Shown in pieces: positions 56,642 to 64,000 of a stretch of 64,000 bases of DNA (within the stretch, counting starts at the first letter, position 1; the number at the start of each line of letters is the position of its first letter). Under the pieces are notes generated by a model. It ran no database searches, was not told the origin of the DNA, and worked only from the letters and a program-made list of their open reading frames with translations. The position numbers were made by a program, and so were the translations under genes. The stretch comes from an uncultured virus (IMG/VR IMGVR_UViG_2579779031_000002) (lineage: Duplodnaviria > Heunggongvirae > Uroviricota > Caudoviricetes), in the IMG/VR virus record IMGVR_UViG_2579779031_000002, positions 1-64,000 of that record; one strand, written 5' to 3'.

Positions 56642-57328
56642 TTACTCTGTAAATAGACCTATTTGTTTTACTTCCGCTATAGCTTGTTGCTGTAAAGAAG
56701 CCTTACTAAAACGCTTTTTATTTTGAATAAGGTCAATCAATGCCTTTTCTTGTAAATCGTTTTCGTCACGTTGGAAAACATCATCAATAGCCATTTCTAG
56801 GTTACGGATTTGTTTAGCTCTATTTTGTTCACATTCACGAACAATGAGCATTAAAGCTTGTAATTCAGGTAATACTTTGTCTTGAATAGACTGGTCTTGA
56901 GATAAGCAAGCCTGAATAAGCTCTTTTGAAGCAGTTAGTAACTGTACAGTTAAAGCTTTTGGAAATGACGTTATGTGTTGTGCAGCGGCCATGCTTAATT
57001 GAAAAGCCATAGCTTGAGTATATTCACTCATCATATCGCCTAGACTATTAAACAAAATACCTGCTACAGAAGCAGTTTTATCTAGTTCAGGCTCAACAGT
57101 AAATCCAAGTACCCAATCAGAAGACACACCATATTTTTGGCATAGCACAGATAATAATTCTGCATCTGGCATTAATTTCCCATTTTCGATTTCACTCATT
57201 CGATTCTTATGTGGTGTACCGAATATCTCTAATGCTACGTCTTCTTGACGTAATTGAACCATGTCACGCGCCATTGCAAGTTTTCTACCGATAAGTACTC
57301 GACGTTGCAAATCGCTCTTTTTCGCCAT
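56642..57328 (-). CDS. XRE-family HTH protein
   Basis: IGRKLAMAR...QEDVA...MSEIENGK..P...YGVSSDWVLG. Confidence 0.85.
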   Translation of the reverse strand: MAKKSDLQRRVLIGRKLAMARDMVQLRQEDVALEIFGTPHKNRMSEIENGKLMPDAELLSVLCQKYGVSSDWVLGFTVEPELDKTASVAGILFNSLGDMMSEYTQAMAFQLSMAAAQHITSFPKALTVQLLTASKELIQACLSQDQSIQDKVLPELQALMLIVRECEQNRAKQIRNLEMAIDDVFQRDENDLQEKALIDLIQNKKRFSKASLQQQAIAEVKQIGLFTE

Positions 57329-58018
57329 TTAAATGCTTCTCCCAGCTAACCAATCAAAATCTACAGTTTTAGATAACCAATCAGTTTCATCTGTAAAAAC
57401 ACAAGAAAGCCAGACACAACCATCTTCACATGGTTCTGCCAGCTTAATTTGTTCACTTATGAAAATATTGTCATCTTTGAATAACAAGCCATCACCTTTG
57501 ACACTATCAATAATAAGTTTGGGATAGTTATCAATATCAAATCGCGGATATGTCTTAGCGCTGTAAGATCGAGTTTTAAGTGGGGGTTGAACAATTAATC
57601 GTATTTCACAAAGTTGATCGATAGCTTTTAACTTAAGTGCTCTAAACATAGGTCCATATTGTTTTTGAACCTTGTCTTTATACTTTTTAGCACCTACTGA
57701 AAGACTATTTCTTTGCTTTCCATTCTGATCAATTGTAGCCCGCCAAATCTCGTTAGCGCTTAATCCATAAGGCAATTTGATTGTGATGTATTGCTTACCA
57801 GAAATGATAACACCGCCTGTGCTTCCCCTATATACACTATTTTCACCTTCATTTTCTTTTTCTACATGGCATGGGAAAAACACGTGTTTAGATGAGCTAG
57901 ATTTTTGCTTTTTAACTTTGTCATTACCTGATGAAACACTGAAATCTTTAAAGAGTTCCTGTCTTTTATTATTTGAGAAAAACTCACTCCACTGACGGCG
58001 ACTTTTATTATTGGGCAT
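57329..58018 (-). CDS. rusA: RusA-like Holliday junction resolvase
   Basis: LP..SAN, DIDNYPKLIIDS, FKDD. Confidence 0.8.
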   Translation of the reverse strand: MPNNKSRRQWSEFFSNNKRQELFKDFSVSSGNDKVKKQKSSSSKHVFFPCHVEKENEGENSVYRGSTGGVIISGKQYITIKLPYGLSANEIWRATIDQNGKQRNSLSVGAKKYKDKVQKQYGPMFRALKLKAIDQLCEIRLIVQPPLKTRSYSAKTYPRFDIDNYPKLIIDSVKGDGLLFKDDNIFISEQIKLAEPCEDGCVWLSCVFTDETDWLSKTVDFDWLAGRSI

Positions 58019-58087
58019 TATTTCGCCCCAACTGCATCAGCAAATAAAATTTCATAATTAAAGCCCTGCAATCTTAGAAGAACTTTA

Positions 58088-58128
58088 ATTATGATTTTAA
58101 GATTAAAAACTAATTTTGACTGGTTCCA
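58088..58128 (-). promoter_or_regulatory. TGGAAC-N29-CATAAT putative late promoter
   Basis: TGGAAC 58128-58123; ATG 58018 (longer leader). Confidence 0.75.
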
Positions 58129-59139
58129 TTAATTATTTAGTAGAAAAGAAGTAGATGCGCTAAAGAAGTGGATATGACATTGATATACAACCTGAGTGTT
58201 GTAACCTCTCAAAGCTTCTATATTATTTTTACTAACTAGCAATTCAATTCTAGGTTTATGATCGCTAATTTCATCAATCGTCATGTTTCGACTATCAATT
58301 GCAGGAGCTAGATCTGGACAGAACAACTTAATATTTTCCAAAGTATTTTCAAATAACATAAAACTTAGAAAAGAATTTTTATTGAGATTAAAAGCAAAGC
58401 AAAAAAATTCTTTCGGCAATGCTGGGCCATAATCTACAAAGCTACGATCAGATAACAAGCAAATTTCCTGATCATAAGAATGTACACCAACATAGATTCT
58501 CTTTTTATTAATATCTAACCATGCATCAATAATTAATTCACCTAAATATCCTTTTGGCATTTTTACGGAAAAAAAAATAAATATTATCTTCAACCATTGA
58601 ATGTATTTATCTTCAGTTATGTTTAACTGAGATAATACATCTGGGCTAACATGTATATTTTCCTTTTTTATTTTTTGAAATTCTCTTAATGCATGAGTAT
58701 CTGTAGGACTAACCGTTGATAATTCACCAAAAGTGTTAAGGCACTTTTCAATACAGAACGGGTTTCTTATAAAATTCATCATCTTACAAAAAACCAAGTC
58801 TTTAATTTCTTCAATTGTTATTGCCTCATTTTTAGCAATTTTATCTAGAATATTATTTGTAAATTCTTCAATTTTATCTTCATATTTTCCAAAAAAAGCT
58901 TCAAAATTATTTCTAGTTCTATCGGAAAAAACATCGAAAGTATATAAGTCATTAAAGCTTAAGTTTTTTTCAATTTTAACTCCTAAAGGGTTTACTAAAT
59001 TAAAAGTCAATTCTTCCCTATCATCAATTTTAAACTTATAAATCCTTCTTCTCTCCCTTGGCAAAGTTGGATCAATACAATTTAACTTTTGCTCAACTTG
59101 AGAAATAAAATGTTGATTTCTAGTTTCATTATTAAACAT
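58129..59139 (-). CDS. DUF4238-like accessory protein
   Basis: NQHFISQ, DLYT...FE..F..YE, LLSDR; low GC. Confidence 0.7.
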   Translation of the reverse strand: MFNNETRNQHFISQVEQKLNCIDPTLPRERRRIYKFKIDDREELTFNLVNPLGVKIEKNLSFNDLYTFDVFSDRTRNNFEAFFGKYEDKIEEFTNNILDKIAKNEAITIEEIKDLVFCKMMNFIRNPFCIEKCLNTFGELSTVSPTDTHALREFQKIKKENIHVSPDVLSQLNITEDKYIQWLKIIFIFFSVKMPKGYLGELIIDAWLDINKKRIYVGVHSYDQEICLLSDRSFVDYGPALPKEFFCFAFNLNKNSFLSFMLFENTLENIKLFCPDLAPAIDSRNMTIDEISDHKPRIELLVSKNNIEALRGYNTQVVYQCHIHFFSASTSFLLNN

Positions 59140-59295
59140 ATGATTACCCCAAAAATTTTAATTCTAAGTGAACAATGTTAGCAGAAAAAAAGTCCGCACC
59201 TTGGGGAAAGTACGGACTATAAAACCAATAAAGGCCTTTAACGATAAACAGTTCACATAATATAAAATATATATCGAATTTAATCAATATACATT

Positions 59296-59511
59296 TTAAT
59301 GTTTTGTTCTTATTATTTTTGAAACGATTTGTGAGGCTTCATGAAAATCTATATCAAAACAAATCCAAAACCTAAATCGCTTATCTCCAAGAATATAACT
59401 TTGAATGAAATACTCTGACTTTTTCTCTGGATCAATTTCAGCAGCTTTAAATGAATAAACATCTTTCTCAACTACCTGACCATTAAGATCGCCACCAATA
59501 CATATTTTCAT
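59296..59511 (-). CDS. Small hypothetical protein
   Basis: ICIGGDLNGQ motif. Confidence 0.6.
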   Translation of the reverse strand: MKICIGGDLNGQVVEKDVYSFKAAEIDPEKKSEYFIQSYILGDKRFRFWICFDIDFHEASQIVSKIIRTKH

Positions 59512-59548
59512 AAAATAAGCCAAGAGAGTTAAATGCCGATGGTTCACT

Positions 59549-60325
59549 TTACCCCTTTTCTATCACTTCTGGGGATTGTTTTATTAATTTTGCACCAGCA
59601 AAAAGAGATTCCCTTATTTGTCGGTGTGTAAGTATCTCTACATAAGGAATGTAAACTTCATTACTACCTATATCTAGAAATCCATTCTTTGTTGTATTTG
59701 AAAGTTTCAAATTACCAAAATATATTTCTACCAGATACCCTTCAAATGTCATTGTAGACATAAAGCCATTTAGGAAAGCTTCTTTATAAGGTGCAATAAT
59801 TAATTGCTTTAATGAGATTTCATTAAATTTGTTTGTTGAATCTCTAAACAATCTAATTCTAACCTTAATTAGATCTGGAACTATTTTTAACTTACCATTA
59901 ATAATCTCTTTTAGAACATTTTCGAGTACGGGTTCATTTATACAGTCAGCAAAAGCATGATGTTCTGAATGCATTGCTCTCCAGTAAATTGAAAGAATAA
60001 AAACTGCAATTTTTTCTGCATTTATATTTTTATATTTTATTCCCTCTGGACCTTTTATTACTTCAACATCATTTCTTTTTTCCCTAAGGCATGAAACAGA
60101 ATAATTTTCATATTTTTCATTAAAAAATCGCTCACATGTACTACATAGCAATCGCGTAAACCAAGTGTCATTTGTAGTGTCAACTTGCTCTTTTTGGAGC
60201 TGAAATTGATAAGCAACATTCTTTTCAGAATCTCGTAGTATGTGACTAAAAAAAGTTTTCCCTATTACATGTGAGCGCTGTAACTCTTTTTTTTCACCAC
60301 AAAGTTTACAAATTTCTAAAGTCAT
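59549..60325 (-). CDS. Zn-binding HNH-like accessory protein
   Basis: CKLC...SHVI...LLCSTCE. Confidence 0.65.
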   Translation of the reverse strand: MTLEICKLCGEKKELQRSHVIGKTFFSHILRDSEKNVAYQFQLQKEQVDTTNDTWFTRLLCSTCERFFNEKYENYSVSCLREKRNDVEVIKGPEGIKYKNINAEKIAVFILSIYWRAMHSEHHAFADCINEPVLENVLKEIINGKLKIVPDLIKVRIRLFRDSTNKFNEISLKQLIIAPYKEAFLNGFMSTMTFEGYLVEIYFGNLKLSNTTKNGFLDIGSNEVYIPYVEILTHRQIRESLFAGAKLIKQSPEVIEKG

Positions 60326-60405
60326 TTAATTCACTGTTTTAAAAAAAGCCCATCTATTATTGATGAGCTTAATCTGTTATTCATTTAAAAACTATATGTT
60401 ACATA

Positions 60406-60696
60406 CTATCTTTGATTATGCCAGATCCTTTCACCAGTAGTTTCAGATTGACCAAATCCACATAATAAACATGCAACATCGTACCCATGTATACATAACT
60501 CATGAATCAGTTTTACATCTGTTGATGGACAACCAAAATAACCACCTTTATCTAGTCTACCTATTAGAAAATTATTATCTTCATCTACCCTATCAATCTG
60601 ACCTTCACCGAAAATATGAGTTCCATCAGTTTCCATACTATTAGAAGATTTGAAATCAACATAAACTCGATCACCGATTTTATATTTCATTGGCAA
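60406..60696 (-). CDS. Hypothetical protein
   Basis: YKIGDRV N-terminus; CIH..CLLC. Confidence 0.65.
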   Translation of the reverse strand: MPMKYKIGDRVYVDFKSSNSMETDGTHIFGEGQIDRVDEDNNFLIGRLDKGGYFGCPSTDVKLIHELCIHGYDVACLLCGFGQSETTGERIWHNQR

Positions 60697-61094
60697 AACT
60701 CCACTTTCATTCCGTCAAACTCTTGATCAATTACCGACATTCCACGTGTAATAGCTGCTTGAGAAGGCAATTTTTTAAAATCAATTTCATTAACCTCATG
60801 ACAGCTTTTACACATAAACTTGTTTTTCTTTTCAAGCTTTGACTGAATTACTCTTACCTCAGCTAACATTCTGTTATTACGCTCTGTAACTTGGTTAAGT
60901 TGTCTTAGATATTTAGCTAGCCAATGAACAGGGTTTAATTTTGTTTTGCAGTCAATGCAAAGTACTTCGCTCTTTTCTTCCGAAATTTGGATATGTTTAT
61001 GATCACATTTAATTAATTCACGTTTTCGAGTGAACTTAATAACTTGCTGCTCTTCATCAATTTGTATTAACTGTTTTTCTTGAAAACGATTCAT
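60687..61094 (-). CDS. Zn-finger hypothetical protein
   Basis: CDH..CIDC; CKSC; 4-nt overlap. Confidence 0.75.
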   Translation of the reverse strand: MNRFQEKQLIQIDEEQQVIKFTRKRELIKCDHKHIQISEEKSEVLCIDCKTKLNPVHWLAKYLRQLNQVTERNNRMLAEVRVIQSKLEKKNKFMCKSCHEVNEIDFKKLPSQAAITRGMSVIDQEFDGMKVEFCQ

Positions 61095-61462
61095 GCCGCA
61101 GCTCCTTTTTCATGACTTGATCGTTTTTGATATTTACCCCTTGATAAATTCGGACGATAGGCATTGTCATAACAACCTTTACAAGCTGAATCTGGTCGAA
61201 GTACGACGGATCCATCTTTAAGCTTAGCTTTAACCATGAACCAAAATTCAGAATCAATGGGCCAATATTCTTGACAATGTTTGCAAAGCTTCTCTTTCCC
61301 TAGTTCTGTGAAGATATATCTAGGTTTTGCAGATTGTGCTTGTAGTTCTTTAGGAGCAATAGCCTCCGAACTTTTGAAGGTACTTGTCTCCCTAGAGTTG
61401 CTTTGCAACATCGCAAAAATACTGCGTTGTTGGCGCTGGCGTTGTCTTAGTCTTTTCATCAT
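61091..61462 (-). CDS. Zn-finger hypothetical protein
   Basis: KLCKHC..WP...FW...CKGC. Confidence 0.75.
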   Translation of the reverse strand: MMKRLRQRQRQQRSIFAMLQSNSRETSTFKSSEAIAPKELQAQSAKPRYIFTELGKEKLCKHCQEYWPIDSEFWFMVKAKLKDGSVVLRPDSACKGCYDNAYRPNLSRGKYQKRSSHEKGAAA

Positions 61463-62196
61463 GCTGCATCCCCAAGACCAAGCGATTTACCGTTCCCTAT
61501 AATTTGATCAGCAATCCAAAGCTGGCGTAATTTTTCCTCAGCTACACCACTGTTTACCCATGCAGCAACACTCAAAAATTCTTTATACGCTGACACACTT
61601 TTGAATTTTGAGGAGGTACTTATTTCTACCTCTATCAAATCGATCCCAAAACCATCAGGTATATTTTTATTTTGGTCTAATGCCATTAATATCTCAGCAT
61701 TTAATCCTTTCCAGCCTTTTCTACGTAATCCACCACCTATATCTACGTAACAGTCTGCTTTTCCTTCTGAAAACTCAAAATAATTCATTTTCGGTGCGGT
61801 AAATGGCTGGTTTATTATTAGTTGCCCTTCATATTGATCAGTTCTATCGGCCATAGTGATAGTTAGTTCAACATTCCATTTCTCACACTCTTCTACATGT
61901 TCAAGAACTTGGACAATTGCTAAATCTTGGTAACCGTAAGCTGCAATACTGAAGTGATATGGTATTGTTAAGCGATTAGGGAAACGCTCAAGTAACGCAG
62001 CCTCTTCAACTTTCTTTGCTTCGATATAGTCCCGTACATCTTTTGAAACGAACCGCATGCTGAACTCATATTCTTGAGCGGCTTCTCTACGCATTTCAGC
62101 CTTTCTCTGATTAGCTTGAACTTGTGCTGGTGTTAGCTTATTTGGATTGTATTTTTTTGACCGTTTTCTACTGGTTGAATTAGATTTCATTTTCAC
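61459..62196 (-). CDS. Hypothetical protein
   Basis: GTG start, GGGGAG RBS, coupled operon. Confidence 0.75.
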   Translation of the reverse strand: MKMKSNSTSRKRSKKYNPNKLTPAQVQANQRKAEMRREAAQEYEFSMRFVSKDVRDYIEAKKVEEAALLERFPNRLTIPYHFSIAAYGYQDLAIVQVLEHVEECEKWNVELTITMADRTDQYEGQLIINQPFTAPKMNYFEFSEGKADCYVDIGGGLRRKGWKGLNAEILMALDQNKNIPDGFGIDLIEVEISTSSKFKSVSAYKEFLSVAAWVNSGVAEEKLRQLWIADQIIGNGKSLGLGDAA

Positions 62197-62723
62197 ACTC
62201 CCCCATTAGCTTTTAATTTTTCAGCAACTAACTGGTCTGCAATCTTTTTCACGTATTTCCATGTAAAAAACTGATCGATTTCTGACTTCCCTTGATATAC
62301 CCGCTCAAGTTGATAAGCCGTAACTGCATAACCAATCTCAAATGCCAATAATTGCCAATTTTCTTTAAATACCTTAGCGAACCTATCTAAACCTTGTTTT
62401 TGTGCCTGTATACGCTTTTGGCGTTCATCCGGACCACGTTTGACATCTAATTTAGGCTTAGTTTTTACAAAACCAGTTGAAATGGCCCAAGTAACACAAA
62501 TTTCACAACGGCAACCCATTCGTTTATACGTTGATGCTGTACCATGAGTAACTGCAATAATTTCAACTTCATCAGAGGTAATTTTTTTAATTTTATTACC
62601 TGGTTTTTTTAACCATTTTTTAACTGCTTTTTCTAAAGCTTTACGCTCTTTTGATTTAGCTGCAACGTTTGAGTAAGCAACTAATGCGTATTCCGATTTT
62701 TTCATATCAACAAATGCGTTCAC
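62193..62723 (-). CDS. Hypothetical protein with HG..Y..GCRC..C motif
   Basis: HGTASTYKRMGCRCEIC; GGAGG RBS. Confidence 0.75.
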   Translation of the reverse strand: MNAFVDMKKSEYALVAYSNVAAKSKERKALEKAVKKWLKKPGNKIKKITSDEVEIIAVTHGTASTYKRMGCRCEICVTWAISTGFVKTKPKLDVKRGPDERQKRIQAQKQGLDRFAKVFKENWQLLAFEIGYAVTAYQLERVYQGKSEIDQFFTWKYVKKIADQLVAEKLKANGGV

Positions 62724-63484
62724 TGTGCTTTACCTCCACCTATACGAGCATCATCCCAATCACATTCCACAATATCTAAGCCATCATGCTGAAATCTTGA
62801 CCATAGTCGATCCCCAAGATCTTCGCGGACCTCAGAAAGACTTAGGTTTGAAATCACTACTGTTGGCTTCAACTCGTCATAACGAGTGAGTAGAACCTTA
62901 TGAACACTCTCAAGCAGTTGAGGACGTTTTTCAGCACGGTCATGTAAACCGTATTCGTCAATAATTAATAAATCTTTTTTCACATAGCGTTTTAGCGCTT
63001 CATCTTCACTATCACCGCTACGGCGATAAGCACCAGCGATATCTTCAGCTAGGTCTGCAGACGTGATGTAAATAGCTTCCCAGTTTTTAATGATGATATT
63101 TTTCAGAATTGATGAACCAAGATGGGTTTTACCCGTACCAGTGCGACCAACAAGAAGTAAATTTCTAAAAACTCGTGCATTGAAATCCATAGTGAATTTT
63201 TCACAAGTTTTACGAGCTTTGTCTTGTCCTTTGTGACTGACCGCATAGTTACTAAAGCCGCTATTTACATGTCTTTTAGGAATACCAGCTCGAGCCATTT
63301 TTAAAGTCAAAATACGTTTGTTCTTCTCACTTTCATATTTTTCATTTGACTGCTGCATGGTTTCCTCAACACATGACTGGCAAACGATTCGACCGTGAAC
63401 ATTGATCATGTGTTGATTGTGTATCGTACAAATCTGATTTGTTTGAGTAATTTTATAATCCAATTTCTGAGGCATTGCGTTCAT
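62720..63484 (-). CDS. dnaC: DnaC/IstB-like helicase loader ATPase
   Basis: AGIPKRH, GRTGTGKTHL, LLIIDE, PTVVISNL, DRLWSRF. Confidence 0.9.
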   Translation of the reverse strand: MNAMPQKLDYKITQTNQICTIHNQHMINVHGRIVCQSCVEETMQQSNEKYESEKNKRILTLKMARAGIPKRHVNSGFSNYAVSHKGQDKARKTCEKFTMDFNARVFRNLLLVGRTGTGKTHLGSSILKNIIIKNWEAIYITSADLAEDIAGAYRRSGDSEDEALKRYVKKDLLIIDEYGLHDRAEKRPQLLESVHKVLLTRYDELKPTVVISNLSLSEVREDLGDRLWSRFQHDGLDIVECDWDDARIGGGKAQ

Positions 63485-64000
63485 ATCAATCCACCCTTCA
63501 CTTCTGTGTGAGTTACTGGTTCATATTGTTTTGGTGCTCCCCATTGTTCATTTACGTTGCGTGGTAATGATTGATGGTTTTGCTCATGACCAGTAGTCAT
63601 TTCGGGATTTTCGTTTTGGTACCAAGAAGCTTTGAATGCTCCCCATGGATTTTGTCTTTTCAAACAATATTCAACCGCTTCCTGAAGGGTGATTCCTGCT
63701 TTTAGGGCTTCATTCAAAAGTGCGTCAAAAGCGTTTTCGGTATTCTGAGCTTTCTTCGCTTTACGAACTTGCAAGAACTCAGCAGCGTCTTTCTCAGGTA
63801 CACCATTTTTTTTCAAAGCACTCTTGAAACTAAATTTTGCTTGAGTCGATGAATCAACTACGCAAACGGCGGAGTTGTTATTACCTTCTGGATTCTGATT
63901 AAAGGATTCAGGATTCAGTGAATCAGGATTCTGATTAAAGGATTCAGGATTCAGGGCGTTTTGGTCTGAGATAGAAACAGTGTTAGAACCGTTATCTAAC
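63481..64000 (-). CDS. Replication initiator, C-terminal part (start outside window)
   Basis: Frame open to window edge; EF..VRKAKKA...WGAFKASW; coupled to dnaC. Confidence 0.8.
   Translation of the reverse strand, partial: LDNGSNTVSISDQNALNPESFNQNPDSLNPESFNQNPEGNNNSAVCVVDSSTQAKFSFKSALKKNGVPEKDAAEFLQVRKAKKAQNTENAFDALLNEALKAGITLQEAVEYCLKRQNPWGAFKASWYQNENPEMTTGHEQNHQSLPRNVNEQWGAPKQYEPVTHTEVKGGLI
63890..63954. repeat. 29-bp perfect direct repeat x2, period 36
   Basis: GGATTCTGATTAAAGGATTCAGGATTCAG at 63890-63918 and 63926-63954. Confidence 0.95.

Larger units (their letters stand above)
1..64000 (-). mobile_element. Temperate phage genome segment with P1-like myovirus virion module; boundaries outside window
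   Basis: Contiguous lysis, head, tail, baseplate, terminase, antirepressor and replication genes; no host housekeeping genes; no integrase or att site seen. Confidence 0.95.

Noticed and set aside
1138..58128. TGGAAC as an ECF sigma (RpoE-like) -35 box
   Set aside because: The conserved partner lies 29 nt away and is sigma70-like; no common -10 at 16-17 nt was evident
63890..63954. Repeat as CRISPR array
   Set aside because: Two copies, 7-nt gap, in frame within a gene, no cas genes

Overview
The whole window reads as one AT-rich temperate phage genome segment (prophage or phage-plasmid; Acinetobacter-like host is my impression only). Almost all genes are on the minus strand. It holds a P1-like myovirus morphogenesis module (portal, prohead protease, capsid, sheath, tube, baseplate, tape measure with lysozyme, two fibre/spike genes, intein-containing terminase), a lysis pair, a P1-like anti-restriction set (DarA-, DdrB-, DarB-, Hdf-like), a Tad1-like immune-signal sponge, an Arc/antirepressor locus, and an initiator + DnaC replication pair at the right edge. 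Several AT-rich accessory genes look like anti-phage candidates. Structures the ORF track does not explain: (1) 16 intergenic copies of TGGAAC-N29-NANNNT, a probable late-promoter regulon, many overlapped by hairpins; (2) a recurring [F/Y]DS motif in head-associated proteins, a possible protease site; (3) an ~89-nt three-way-junction RNA right after an Hdf-nuclease fusion gene; (4) a plausible out-of-frame gene nested in the darB-like gene; (5) an apparently split tail sheath. Family assignments come from motif recognition by eye; no searches were run. Some starts were moved from the ORF track to fit promoters, RBS or stop/start overlaps.
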